From: a virus
Taxonomy: Duplodnaviria > Caudoviricetes
Strand: one strand, 5' to 3'
Length of the DNA stretch: 64,000 nt
Virus record (IMG/VR): IMGVR_UViG_3300030376_000575
Coordinates: 1,058-65,057 of that record
Part shown: piece by piece, positions 26,705-36,478 of the stretch
Position numbering within the stretch: the first letter of the stretch is position 1
Layout: each line of letters begins with the position of its first letter
The notes under the pieces: model-generated
The model's database searches: none
What the model saw: the letters and a program-made list of their open reading frames with translations, nothing else
What the model was told of the DNA's origin: nothing
Program-made: the position numbers and the translations under genes

Positions 26705-28216
26705 TTGGATATTACAGAAAAATTACATGAGATATTTTATGGATCTTCAAGAGCTCATGGAAGTTTTACTGTTAACAATACATCCTTTGGTCAAAAGAAA
26801 CAAGGCACTGCTAAAACTATAAAAACTGTTGGCGCTACTGTAAAACACTGGAAGGCTCATGTAGAAGGCACAGAAGGTTTAGGGGTAGTTCCTATAGATG
26901 AAGAAAACCTTGTCAAGTGGGGTGCTATAGATATAGACACCTACTCGTTAGATATCAAAAAGTTAGTATTAAAGATAGAAGAATTTAAACTACCGCTAGT
27001 TGTTTGTAGAAGCAAAAGCGGTGGAGCTCATGTATATTGTTTCTTAAAAGATAAAGCACCTGCAGGAGACATGCAAGACAAACTTAGAGAAGTATCTGCT
27101 GGTCTAGGTTACGGTGGTGTGGAAATATTTCCTAAACAACGAGAAGTATTAGTTGATAGAGGAGACATAGGTTCTTGGTTAAACATGCCGTATTTTGAAG
27201 GTGATGAATCTTTACGTTATGCATATAATCCAAAAGGTGATGCACTAACCGTAGAAAAATTTATAAAGTTCGTAGAAGAAAGATTACTGAGTTACGACGA
27301 ATTAACAAATTTAGAAGTTCCTGTACTCGACGATATAAAAGATGGTCCACCATGCTTACAAGTATTGCTCAAGCAAGGATTCCCACAAGGTACTCGTAAC
27401 AATGGATTGTTTAACGTTGGGGTGTATCTTAAAAAGTCTACACCTGAATCTTGGCAGATAGACATAGAAGAATATAACCGTAAGTATGTTCACCCACCAC
27501 TACCTGCACAAGAAGTTATGACCCTGATAGGTACGCTCAAGAAAAAAGAATACAACTATAAGTGTAGTGACGAACCTATTAGATCTTACTGTAACGTAGC
27601 TAAATGTCGTGGGTGTAAGTTTGGGATAGGCGGTAGTAATGCTACACCTACGTTTTCGAGTTTATCTAAATTAGACACTAAACCACCGTTATGGTTTTTA
27701 TCGATAGACGATAAAAGGTTAGAACTCACTACAGAACAACTACAGAATCAAATTAAGTTTCAGAGAGCTTGTATGGAAATACTTAATATGATGCCACCTA
27801 AAATGCAAGAAAGAGCATGGCAAACTTTGATACAAACCTTAATGGATAGTGGTATGGAAATCATAGAGGTCAGTGATGATGTTACCATAGAAGGTCAGTT
27901 TATGGAACTACTAGAATCTTTTTGCACAGATATGGCTCAAGCTAATACTCGAGACGAGATACTACTGGGTAAACCGTACACAGAAGAAGGTAAAACTTTC
28001 TTTAGAATCAAAGACTTGAAAGATTATTTAGTGAAGCATAGATTTACAGACATGGAAACTAACCGCATTGCTTCTAAGTTACGAGATCTAAAAGCTGAAC
28101 ATAAGTTCTTTAATATAAAGGGTAGAGGAACTAATGTCTGGTCAATTAAAGAGTTTAAATATAAAACAGAAAGTGAATCTCTAGACACTAAAAACTTTGC
28201 AGAGAGAACCTTGTGA
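26705..28216 (+). CDS. AEP-family primase (primase-polymerase)
   Basis: WGAIDIDTY (DxD), RSKSGGAHVY, and PPCL...GTRNNGLF PriCT-like region. TTG start. Confidence 0.8.
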   Translation: MDITEKLHEIFYGSSRAHGSFTVNNTSFGQKKQGTAKTIKTVGATVKHWKAHVEGTEGLGVVPIDEENLVKWGAIDIDTYSLDIKKLVLKIEEFKLPLVVCRSKSGGAHVYCFLKDKAPAGDMQDKLREVSAGLGYGGVEIFPKQREVLVDRGDIGSWLNMPYFEGDESLRYAYNPKGDALTVEKFIKFVEERLLSYDELTNLEVPVLDDIKDGPPCLQVLLKQGFPQGTRNNGLFNVGVYLKKSTPESWQIDIEEYNRKYVHPPLPAQEVMTLIGTLKKKEYNYKCSDEPIRSYCNVAKCRGCKFGIGGSNATPTFSSLSKLDTKPPLWFLSIDDKRLELTTEQLQNQIKFQRACMEILNMMPPKMQERAWQTLIQTLMDSGMEIIEVSDDVTIEGQFMELLESFCTDMAQANTRDEILLGKPYTEEGKTFFRIKDLKDYLVKHRFTDMETNRIASKLRDLKAEHKFFNIKGRGTNVWSIKEFKYKTESESLDTKNFAERTL

Positions 28217-29709
28217 CTTGGAACATTGTCCTTGGTCCACCTGGAACTGGTAAAACAACCTATTTATTAAATAAAGTAGAAGAGTATCTAGACTCTGGTG
28301 TAAGACCAGATAAAATGGGGTATATAGCTTTCACTAAGAAAGCAGCAAACGAGGCTCTGAGCAGAGCAGTAACTAAGTTCGGTTATGACCCAGACGAATT
28401 AACTTATTTTAGAACCTTACATTCTTTATGCTATGGTTGGTTAGGTATGACTAGAAGCGATGTAATGTCTAGAAGTAATTTACGAAACTTTAGTAAGAGC
28501 ATAGGAGAGCGTATAAACTCTGCATGGGATGGAGAAAATATTATGTCGTTAGCTAGTAAAGGCGATAGGATGCTTTTCCTAGAAAACATGGCTCGTAATC
28601 AGTGTATGGGACACAGAGAGATATGGAATAATGCAGACTCTAATATATCTTGGATGCATTTTGAGTGGTTCATTAAAAACTATGCAAAGTATAAAGAAGC
28701 ATATTTTTTAACAGACTTCACAGATATGTTAGAAATGTTTGTATCTTCAAAAGGTAAACCACAACTCGAAGTTCTTATTATAGATGAGGCTCAGGATTTA
28801 TCTACACTTCAATGGCGGTGCGTTGAGAAGTTAGCAGAAGGTGTGAAACATGTTTACATAGCAGGTGACGATGACCAAGCTATCTATAAATGGGCAGGAG
28901 CAGACGTAGAACATTTTATAAACCTACAGGGTAATCATACATACTTAAAACAATCATACCGCATACCTAGAAAAGTACATGACGTTGCGTTAAAAGTTGT
29001 CAACAGAATACACACTAGGAAAGAAAAGGTTTGGGAACCTAGAGTAGAAGAAGGTAGTGTAACTTACCATACTAATTTTGAGCATGTAGATTTATCAAGT
29101 GGTGAATGGTTATTCTTAGCTAGGAATAACTACCTATTAAATAATGTAGAACACCACCTTAAAATGATTGGTAGAGTGTTTCAGAAAAATAATAAACCGT
29201 CTGTGTCACAAAGTTTAGTGACTGCTATAAAAGATTGGGAGCACTTGCGTAAAGGTAATAAGATCAGCGCAGAAAGGATACGCAGAGTGTTTAAGTATAT
29301 GAAGGCTGGTAAGGGTGTCAAAAAAGGGTTTAAAACCCTTAAAACGATAAATGCGGAAGCCTTATTAGACATTCAAGGGTTAAAAAGTAACTATGGTTTA
29401 TTAGTAGACTCAATCTGGCATGAATGTTTTGATTTGATAGGAAATACACAAAGAGAATATCTTATATCTTGTTTAAGAAAAGGTGAAAAACTAGACTCAT
29501 CTCAGATAAAATTAAATACGATACACGCAGCAAAAGGTGGTGAAGCAGAAAATGTTGTATTACTTACTGACTTAGCTACTAAAACGTATGAAGAACTGTA
29601 TAACAACCCAGATAATGAGTGTCGTGCTTTTTATGTAGGGGTTACACGAACTAAAACTAATCTTCACATAGTGAGAGGAAAAACTAGAAAAGAGTTTCTT
29701 TTCGTTTAA
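28213..29709 (+). CDS. SF1 UvrD/Rep-like DNA helicase
   Basis: GPPGTGKT, FRTLHS, IDEAQD, GDDDQAIY, LKQSYR, TIHAAKGGEA and YVGVTR. Confidence 0.92.
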   Translation: MTWNIVLGPPGTGKTTYLLNKVEEYLDSGVRPDKMGYIAFTKKAANEALSRAVTKFGYDPDELTYFRTLHSLCYGWLGMTRSDVMSRSNLRNFSKSIGERINSAWDGENIMSLASKGDRMLFLENMARNQCMGHREIWNNADSNISWMHFEWFIKNYAKYKEAYFLTDFTDMLEMFVSSKGKPQLEVLIIDEAQDLSTLQWRCVEKLAEGVKHVYIAGDDDQAIYKWAGADVEHFINLQGNHTYLKQSYRIPRKVHDVALKVVNRIHTRKEKVWEPRVEEGSVTYHTNFEHVDLSSGEWLFLARNNYLLNNVEHHLKMIGRVFQKNNKPSVSQSLVTAIKDWEHLRKGNKISAERIRRVFKYMKAGKGVKKGFKTLKTINAEALLDIQGLKSNYGLLVDSIWHECFDLIGNTQREYLISCLRKGEKLDSSQIKLNTIHAAKGGEAENVVLLTDLATKTYEELYNNPDNECRAFYVGVTRTKTNLHIVRGKTRKEFLFV

Positions 29710-29763
29710 AATTATTACGAGGATGCTATACTTCCCCTTTACTTGTAAAGTAAACTAAATGAT

Positions 29764-30225
29764 ATGAATATATTTAAACTCGATAAAACTATAAAGTCCT
29801 GTGCCGAAATGCACTGTGATAAACACGTATCTAAAATGATATTAGAATCTGCTCAAATGCTATGTACTGCGTTATGGAGTAATGATGAAACTGCTCCCTA
29901 TAAACCTGTACACGCTAAACACCCCTGTACTCTCTGGGCTGGAGCTAGTCTCGATAACTGGCTATGGTTAAAAGATTTAACTATATACTTAAACGAGGAG
30001 TTTTGCTGGCGGTATGATAGAAACGTCAACCATAAATCAGCTGACGTAGTTATGTCTTTGCCTAACCCTAACATAGAAAGTAAAGGGTTACAACAGCACC
30101 CTCAGTGTATGCCTGATGAGTATAAGGTTGAAAATGACGCGATAACAGCGTATCGTAAATACTATATAGGTGAAAAGCATTTCGCTAAGTGGACTAAACG
30201 AGGAGTACCAGAATGGTATATGTAG
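29764..30225 (+). CDS. Pyrimidine-dimer DNA glycosylase (DenV/endonuclease V-like family)
   Basis: MNIF.LD....AEMHCDKHVSKMILESAQMLCTA, HPCTLW and PQCMPDEYK...AYRKYY. Confidence 0.75.
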   Translation: MNIFKLDKTIKSCAEMHCDKHVSKMILESAQMLCTALWSNDETAPYKPVHAKHPCTLWAGASLDNWLWLKDLTIYLNEEFCWRYDRNVNHKSADVVMSLPNPNIESKGLQQHPQCMPDEYKVENDAITAYRKYYIGEKHFAKWTKRGVPEWYM

Positions 30226-31055
30226 ATACAAAGTGGGATAACGTAGAAAACTTTTTCGGTTATATAAACGAAAGACATTTTATATATTTAAACCGACAGG
30301 ACAATCAAAAACCGCCTTGGACTGAGGACAAGATATTACAAACTTATAGTTTCTGTAATGTTTATAGGGAATTAGATAAGGTTACTATATGGATAAGGAA
30401 AAACTGGAAAGAGCCATATAAAGACCACCCTCACCTACCTTTTGCTATGTCTGTAGCACGTCAAATAAATCACCCTCCGACTTTAAAAGCGATAGGTTTT
30501 CCAGATTCCTGGGATCCTACACGTGTAAAAGCCATAATGCAGGATAGAATGAATAATAAAAAGAAAGTATACACTGGTGCGTATATGTTAACTGGCACCT
30601 TAGGAGGAACTAAGGTAGAACAGACTATAGATAAAATACTCACACCTTTGTTCAATAACCCACCGAAACTTTACGAAGACAGTTTAGAAAAAACTTGGAA
30701 AGAGTATTTACCCTATGCTGGATTCAGTGGTTTTATGGCTTATGAGGTTGTAACTGATTTAAGATTTACAAAGCATTTAGAAAACGCTACAGACATTATG
30801 ACTTGGGCTAATGCTGGTCCAGGAGCGAAACGTGGGCTCAATAGAATACACAACAGAAAGTTAGAACAAACTATAAAGAAAGAACAGTTGACCGTAGAGA
30901 TGAAAGAATTACTGGATGTTTCTAATGATTACATAGACCCAGCATTACCAGCTTTAGAAATGAGAGAAATAGAGCATTGCTTGTGTGAGTTTGATAAATA
31001 TGAAAGAGTACGTTTAGGTGAAGGTAGACCAAGGTCGAAATATAAGTATGGATGA
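30213..31055 (+). CDS. aGPT-PPlase clade 1 / 5-hmdU DNA kinase helical-domain family protein
   Basis: FFGYINERH.IY..R...PPWTEDKILQTYSFCNVYRELDKVTIW, GFSGFMAYEVVTDL, GPGAKRGLNR and EIEHCLCEFDKYER. Confidence 0.8.
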   Translation: MVYVDTKWDNVENFFGYINERHFIYLNRQDNQKPPWTEDKILQTYSFCNVYRELDKVTIWIRKNWKEPYKDHPHLPFAMSVARQINHPPTLKAIGFPDSWDPTRVKAIMQDRMNNKKKVYTGAYMLTGTLGGTKVEQTIDKILTPLFNNPPKLYEDSLEKTWKEYLPYAGFSGFMAYEVVTDLRFTKHLENATDIMTWANAGPGAKRGLNRIHNRKLEQTIKKEQLTVEMKELLDVSNDYIDPALPALEMREIEHCLCEFDKYERVRLGEGRPRSKYKYG

Positions 31056-31554
31056 TTTAGATAATTTATTTGAGGTAGTACGCGGTGGTACAATAAAAAG
31101 ATATCACACGCTGGAAACTATTGGAGAGCAGTCAGTAGGTGCACATTCATGGGGAGTAGCTATGATACTACAGTACCTTGACAAATCAGTGAGTAAGGAA
31201 GCTATATTGAAAGCACTAACACACGATATAGCTGAACTATATACAGGAGATATCCCAGCACCAGTCAAATGGGACAACCCTGATTTAGTTAAATCGTTAA
31301 AATCAATAGAACGTGCTTACGAAAAGAAACTAGGTATAGACTACAGTAACGTTCTAGGGAAAAAAGAAGCAATTTTATTCAAACAAGCAGATATGTTTGA
31401 GCTTTTATTTTTCTGTATGCGTCAAAGAAAGATGGGTAATACTAATATGAACACGGTATTTAGCAATGGAGTAGAATACTTAGCAAATCAATCACTTAAC
31501 AAACGTGGTTCAAACCTACTCGGTAAACTTATAGAGGAGTATGGAGGCATATGA
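31048..31554 (+). CDS. HD-domain 5'-deoxynucleotidase (YfbR-like)
   Basis: IKRYHT...QSVGAHSWGVA and ALTHDIAELYTGDIPAPVK. Confidence 0.85.
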   Translation: MDDLDNLFEVVRGGTIKRYHTLETIGEQSVGAHSWGVAMILQYLDKSVSKEAILKALTHDIAELYTGDIPAPVKWDNPDLVKSLKSIERAYEKKLGIDYSNVLGKKEAILFKQADMFELLFFCMRQRKMGNTNMNTVFSNGVEYLANQSLNKRGSNLLGKLIEEYGGI

Positions 31555-31850
31555 AGAAAAAATTTCAAGAAATGCTAGACATAGCTGAGCAAGATGTAGA
31601 AGAACTTATGGAAGCAGAAAAAAGTTATGGAAATAGTTGGCGTAAACGTGGTGGTGTTGGTGCTTTTATGATGCTAGCTCGTAAATGGGATAGGATAGAG
31701 AATCAGGTCCAAGGATCTAACTTTGATATATTTTCTGCTATACAAAACGATACAAGACCAGAAGGTATCATAGACGACATACACGATTTAAGAAGATATT
31801 TAATATTAGTAGAACAACATGTAAGCAGTAATAAAGAGGAAAGTGAATGA
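31551..31850 (+). CDS. Nucleotide-modification-associated all-alpha (MazG-like/DUF1599-type) protein
   Basis: EKSYGNSW.KRGGVGAFMMLARKWDRIEN and DDIHDLRRY motifs; gene context. Confidence 0.6.
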   Translation: MKKKFQEMLDIAEQDVEELMEAEKSYGNSWRKRGGVGAFMMLARKWDRIENQVQGSNFDIFSAIQNDTRPEGIIDDIHDLRRYLILVEQHVSSNKEESE

Positions 31851-32653
31851 AAATATATATCCCTACAAGAGGTAGACCCGACAACCAAGAAACACTCAAG
31901 TGGTTTCCAGAAAGTATGATCAAAGATGGCACGGTAATACTAGCTATAGATGAAGACGAGCAGGATAAGTACACTAAATACCCAGAAGTACAAAAGTTTA
32001 TAGTTCCGTCATCCGTTAAAGGTATTAGTGCTAAAAGAAAGTACATAATAGAACAAGCCGATCGACGCCATAGATTAGACTCACGTGTAGTTATGCTAGA
32101 CGATGATTTACGGTTTTATGTCCGTAAAAGCGCGGACGATTGGCATTTAAGATACCTAGAACCAGAAGAATATCCTGCTTTATTTGGGTTACTTGATGAG
32201 TGGATGGATCAAGGTTACGCTCATGTAGGTGTAAGTGCTAGAGAAGGTAATAATCGAGTAGAAGAGTTAGCTGTAGAAAATACTAGATATATGAGAGTAT
32301 TGGCGTACAATCTAGACGCTTTCCCTGAAGATATCGAGTGGGGCAGAACTCGGGTGATGGAAGATTTTGATATATCACTACAACTGCTTAGGCGAGGTAA
32401 AGCCTGTAGAGTAAGTTATTTTTACGCTCAGGGTCAAAAGTCTTCTAATGCTGACGGTGGCTGTAGTGAGTGGAGAACTATCGACGTACATAACGCAGGT
32501 GCTGATAGGCTACATGAACTTCACCCTAGTTGTGTTAGGGTGGTAGAAAAACAAACTAAAACTGCGTGGAATGGTTTACCGCGTAGGGATGTAATAGTGG
32601 GGTGGAAAAAAGCATACAAGGAAGGCATAGAACATGCAAACAATAACAGTTAG
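31847..32653 (+). CDS. GT-A fold glycosyltransferase (TET-associated/GREB1-like family)
   Basis: KIYIPTRGR, VVMLDDDLRF (DxD), MEDFDISLQLLRRG and SNADGGCS. Confidence 0.75.
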   Translation: MKIYIPTRGRPDNQETLKWFPESMIKDGTVILAIDEDEQDKYTKYPEVQKFIVPSSVKGISAKRKYIIEQADRRHRLDSRVVMLDDDLRFYVRKSADDWHLRYLEPEEYPALFGLLDEWMDQGYAHVGVSAREGNNRVEELAVENTRYMRVLAYNLDAFPEDIEWGRTRVMEDFDISLQLLRRGKACRVSYFYAQGQKSSNADGGCSEWRTIDVHNAGADRLHELHPSCVRVVEKQTKTAWNGLPRRDVIVGWKKAYKEGIEHANNNS

Positions 32654-33641
32654 AAATGTACATGAAGCCCTGCCTAGAGGTCTAGATTATCTAGATCAAA
32701 GCGGAGTATTACTAGACAGTAGGAACGGTATGATGTATGAAGCACCGTGTCCTGTAACTACGGTGTATAAAAAACCTGATGAACGAGTAGTTTTCTGGTC
32801 GCACCGTAACGCTAATCCGTTTTTTCATTTTATGGAAGGGTTGTGGATGCTACACGGTCGTAATGATTTAGAAACTGTAGAGTGGTATGCTAAAAGCATG
32901 CGGAATTATAGTGATGATGGTCGTATTTTATGGGGAGCATATGGGTGGCGATGGCGCAAGTTTTTTAATACAGATCAATTAGACACTATTGTAGCTATGT
33001 TAAGAAAAAACCCAGAGGATAGGAGAGCTGTGTTACAGATGTGGGCTATACAAGATTTAGGTCGTAACGGTAAAGATGTACCTTGTAATACCTGCATATA
33101 TTTTAAAATACGAAACAATAAGTTAAATATGACTGTGTCTAATAGATCTAACGATGTTATATGGGGAGCTTATGGTGCTAACGCAGTACATATGTCTATG
33201 CTACAAGAGTACATGGCAAGTAGAATCGGTGTCGACATAGGTGTGTATTATCAAGTGAGTGATAGTTATCATGCATACAAAGATATTTTTGATGATCTTT
33301 TACAGAAGTTTGCTGAAGATGATATACTAGACTACTATGTGCAATCATTACCACATAGCATGCGACGCATGAATCCATATCGGTCTGGGGAAGTCAGCGC
33401 ATACCCCATGATGTCTTCACGCAGTAAATACACGTGGGACTTAGAATTAAAATTATTTTTTCGTAATAAACCATTAGACCGTAAGTGTGATAAGTTTTGG
33501 CAAGAAGTAGCTATTCCTATACGAGATTCGTGGATGGCTTACAAAGGCGGTAGTTCAAAAGAAGGTATAAAAATATTGGATAATTGTCAAGCTAGTGACT
33601 GGCGTAAAGCATGTGTAGAGTGGCTAGAGAGGAAACTATGA
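32634..33641 (+). CDS. Thymidylate-synthase-fold enzyme, probable dUMP hydroxymethylase
   Basis: RNANPFFHFMEGLWML.GRND, GAYGWRWR, DRRAVLQMW, DVPCN (catalytic Cys), and RSNDVIWGAYGAN with the Asn typical of dUMP specificity. Confidence 0.82.
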   Translation: MQTITVRNVHEALPRGLDYLDQSGVLLDSRNGMMYEAPCPVTTVYKKPDERVVFWSHRNANPFFHFMEGLWMLHGRNDLETVEWYAKSMRNYSDDGRILWGAYGWRWRKFFNTDQLDTIVAMLRKNPEDRRAVLQMWAIQDLGRNGKDVPCNTCIYFKIRNNKLNMTVSNRSNDVIWGAYGANAVHMSMLQEYMASRIGVDIGVYYQVSDSYHAYKDIFDDLLQKFAEDDILDYYVQSLPHSMRRMNPYRSGEVSAYPMMSSRSKYTWDLELKLFFRNKPLDRKCDKFWQEVAIPIRDSWMAYKGGSSKEGIKILDNCQASDWRKACVEWLERKL

Positions 33642-34318
33642 TACCACAATGGTCGTATAGTAGGTTAGGCTGTTATGAAAGATGCCCTAAGCAAGCAGAA
33701 TTTAAGTTTATAAAAAAGTTTAAAGAGCCTCAGCACCCTGCAATGGAAAGAGGTAAAAATATCCATCAGATGTGTGAGGACTACATACGCGGTAATTTAG
33801 AAAAGATTCCCAAGGAGTTAGCAGACTTTGAAGACGCATTTGATTTACTAAAAGATCAATACCTACACGGTCATGTTATATGTGAAAGTGATTGGGCGAT
33901 AACTACCGAGTGGAAAAAGACAGGTTGGTTTGACGAGGATACTTGGGGTAGAGCTAAAGTAGATGCGTTTGTATATGAGGAAGGGTTAAGTAAAGAAGCG
34001 AGAGTGATAGACTTTAAAACAGGTAGATACGCAGGCAATCAGGAGTCACACAGAGAGCAGTGTGAGTTTTACGGTGCGGTAGCGTTAAATCGATATCCCG
34101 AATTAGAAAGTATCATCACTGAGATGTGGTATGTTGACCATGGTAAAATAGATAGATATGTCTATACACCCCAGAGTATAAAATTTAAGCAAGAAAGGAT
34201 ACATAACCGAGCTATGGCTATGACTACTGCAACAGAGTTCCCAGCTAAACCTTCTAGATTCGGCTGTAAGTGGTGTCATTTTGGAAAAGAAAATATGTGT
34301 AGAGAGGCTATTAGTTAA
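33638..34318 (+). CDS. PD-(D/E)XK exonuclease (Cas4/RecB-like)
   Basis: WSYSRL..YE.CP, AKVD, VIDFKTG and C-terminal CKWCHF..C cluster. Confidence 0.85.
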   Translation: MIPQWSYSRLGCYERCPKQAEFKFIKKFKEPQHPAMERGKNIHQMCEDYIRGNLEKIPKELADFEDAFDLLKDQYLHGHVICESDWAITTEWKKTGWFDEDTWGRAKVDAFVYEEGLSKEARVIDFKTGRYAGNQESHREQCEFYGAVALNRYPELESIITEMWYVDHGKIDRYVYTPQSIKFKQERIHNRAMAMTTATEFPAKPSRFGCKWCHFGKENMCREAIS

Positions 34319-36198
34319 TGCAAGATCCATTATTTCCACCAGAGGTAGATTGGTCACCACCTACTTCATTTCCTGATTTGACAGGTCAAAAAACTATAGC
34401 TATTGATTTAGAAACTAAAGATCCATGGCTCATGTCCCATGGTCCAGGATGGGCATTTAGGGACAGAGGTTTTATTATAGGTATTGCGATAGCTACCGAG
34501 GGATATAAAGCATATTTCCCTGTAGCTCATGAGGTGGGCGGTAATTTAGATAAAACAGTAGTCTATAGATGGTTGAAAAAACAATTAGAAGCACCTAATG
34601 AAAAAGTATTTCATAACGCTCAGTATGACGTAGGTTGGTTAATGAGAGAAGGATTTACTATCAATGGTAAGATACACGACACTATGATGGCAGCACCACT
34701 ACTTAACGAGAATCAATATGGGTACTCTCTAAATAAAGTTGGTAAAGAGTATCTAAATGAGGAAAAAGATGAGTCAATGTTGGTAGAAGCTGCACAGGTG
34801 TACGGTATAAACCCGAAAGCAGAAATGTATCGTTTACCGCCTGAGTATGTAGGTAATTACGCAGAGCAGGATGCAGATCTAACATATAGACTGTGGCAAA
34901 AACTATCGGAAGGTATAGCCTCAGAAAAAGTTAGTAAAATATACGAGCTAGAAAGTTCATTGATACCTGTGCTCATAGATATGCGTAACCGAGGTGTCCG
35001 TATTGATTTAGATAGAACTCAAAAAGTTAAAACACAGTTGCGTAAGAAAGAAAATCAAATAACTTCAGAAATACACAGGTGGTATGGTCTCAAACCAGAT
35101 TTATGGGCAGCACAATCTTTATCACAAGTGTTTGACAGAGCAGGTCTTGATTATCCTAAAACACCTAAAACTAATGCACCTAGTTTCCAAGCTAAGTGGC
35201 TTGAAGAGCATACACACAAACTACCACTAGCGATAGCTAAAGCAAGAAAACTAAACAAAGCACGTACTACATTTATAGACAAGATGATACTAGAACATTT
35301 AGTAGACGGTAGGATACATGGGGAACTACACCCTCTTAGGTCTGACGACGGAGGTACGGTTACTGGTAGATTTAGTTGCTCTAAACCTAACCTTCAACAA
35401 GTGCCTGCTAGAGATCCAGAAGTTGGTCCATTGATTCGTAGTTTATTCATACCCGAAGAAGGTCACCACTGGGGTTGTTTTGATTACTCCCAACAAGAAC
35501 CTAGACTAACTGTTCACTACTCTGTATTAACGCATCAAGAAGGCGCAGAAGAGGCAGCAGCAGATTACTCAGGTGATGCTGACTTTCATCAGATAGTAGC
35601 AGATATGGCTAACATAAGTCGTAAGGAAGCTAAGATTATTAACTTAGGATTGAGTTATGGTATGGGTAAAGAAAAACTAACTAATCAACTAGGTATAAGC
35701 CCAGAAGAAGCAGAAGTATTATTTGACCAGTATCATAAACGAGTACCTTTTGTCCGTGGATTACGAGACTCTGCAGCTCGTCAGGGGTCAAATAGGGGGT
35801 ATGTCAATACTATACTCGGTCGTAAGTGTCGTTTTAACCTGTACGAACCTATAGATAGGCGAGCTATGCCATACCCCTACGATAAAGCTCTGGAGGAGTA
35901 TGGAGGTCAGTTAAAACGTGCGTTTACTTATAAAGCTATGAATCGTTTAATTCAAGGTTCTGCTGCCGATATGACAAAGAAAGCTATGCTTGATTTATAC
36001 AACGAAGGTATTTTAGCACATACACAAGTACACGATGAATTAAATATATCTGTTACCGATAAACTTGAGTGTGAAAAAGTTATGGAAATAATGCGAGATT
36101 GTGTTAAGTTGGAAGTCCCTAATAAAGTAGATGGGGAGATAGGTAAAAACTGGGCTCATGTAGTAGACTATAGGGAGTATTTTAGTGAGAAGGAGTGA
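34318..36198 (+). CDS. polA: Family A DNA polymerase with 3'-5' exonuclease
   Basis: IDLETKD, FHNAQYD, DTMMAA, TVTGRFSC..PNLQQVP, DYSQQEPR, KIINLGLSYG, IQGSAAD and QVHDE. Confidence 0.95.
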   Translation: MQDPLFPPEVDWSPPTSFPDLTGQKTIAIDLETKDPWLMSHGPGWAFRDRGFIIGIAIATEGYKAYFPVAHEVGGNLDKTVVYRWLKKQLEAPNEKVFHNAQYDVGWLMREGFTINGKIHDTMMAAPLLNENQYGYSLNKVGKEYLNEEKDESMLVEAAQVYGINPKAEMYRLPPEYVGNYAEQDADLTYRLWQKLSEGIASEKVSKIYELESSLIPVLIDMRNRGVRIDLDRTQKVKTQLRKKENQITSEIHRWYGLKPDLWAAQSLSQVFDRAGLDYPKTPKTNAPSFQAKWLEEHTHKLPLAIAKARKLNKARTTFIDKMILEHLVDGRIHGELHPLRSDDGGTVTGRFSCSKPNLQQVPARDPEVGPLIRSLFIPEEGHHWGCFDYSQQEPRLTVHYSVLTHQEGAEEAAADYSGDADFHQIVADMANISRKEAKIINLGLSYGMGKEKLTNQLGISPEEAEVLFDQYHKRVPFVRGLRDSAARQGSNRGYVNTILGRKCRFNLYEPIDRRAMPYPYDKALEEYGGQLKRAFTYKAMNRLIQGSAADMTKKAMLDLYNEGILAHTQVHDELNISVTDKLECEKVMEIMRDCVKLEVPNKVDGEIGKNWAHVVDYREYFSEKE

Positions 36199-36478
36199 AC
36201 TCAAAAAAGCATATTTCGAAATTTATATGAGATATAAAAACAACTACATTACATTAGAAGACATAGGGAATAAATATGGCATTTCAAAACAAAGAGTATG
36301 GCAAATTATCAGATTTTCTAAAATAGGTAAGGGTGATTACTACGCTGGGTTACGAGAGTATGAACAAACAAAAACTAAAATAAAGAAGGCTTACCCAGAA
36401 GCTAGTACAAAAGAAACTAATAGTTTATTAAGAGAGTGGCTTCGCATAAACGATATAAGGTTGATCAAGAATGGGTAA
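36185..36478 (+). CDS. HTH protein (sigma-70 region 4-like)
   Basis: TLEDIGNKYGISKQRVWQII helix-turn-helix; GTG start. Confidence 0.7.
   Translation: MRRSELKKAYFEIYMRYKNNYITLEDIGNKYGISKQRVWQIIRFSKIGKGDYYAGLREYEQTKTKIKKAYPEASTKETNSLLREWLRINDIRLIKNG

Noticed and set aside
32634-33641. Annotation as ordinary thymidylate synthase thyA (or dCMP hydroxymethylase)
   Set aside because: The divergent sequence and the neighbouring hmU-kinase-family gene favour dUMP hydroxymethylase. Asn rather than Asp at the specificity position argues against dCMP.
33638-34318. Cas4-like nuclease as evidence of a CRISPR system
   Set aside because: There is no repeat-spacer array and no other cas gene. Stand-alone PD-(D/E)XK exonucleases beside PolA are routine in phages.
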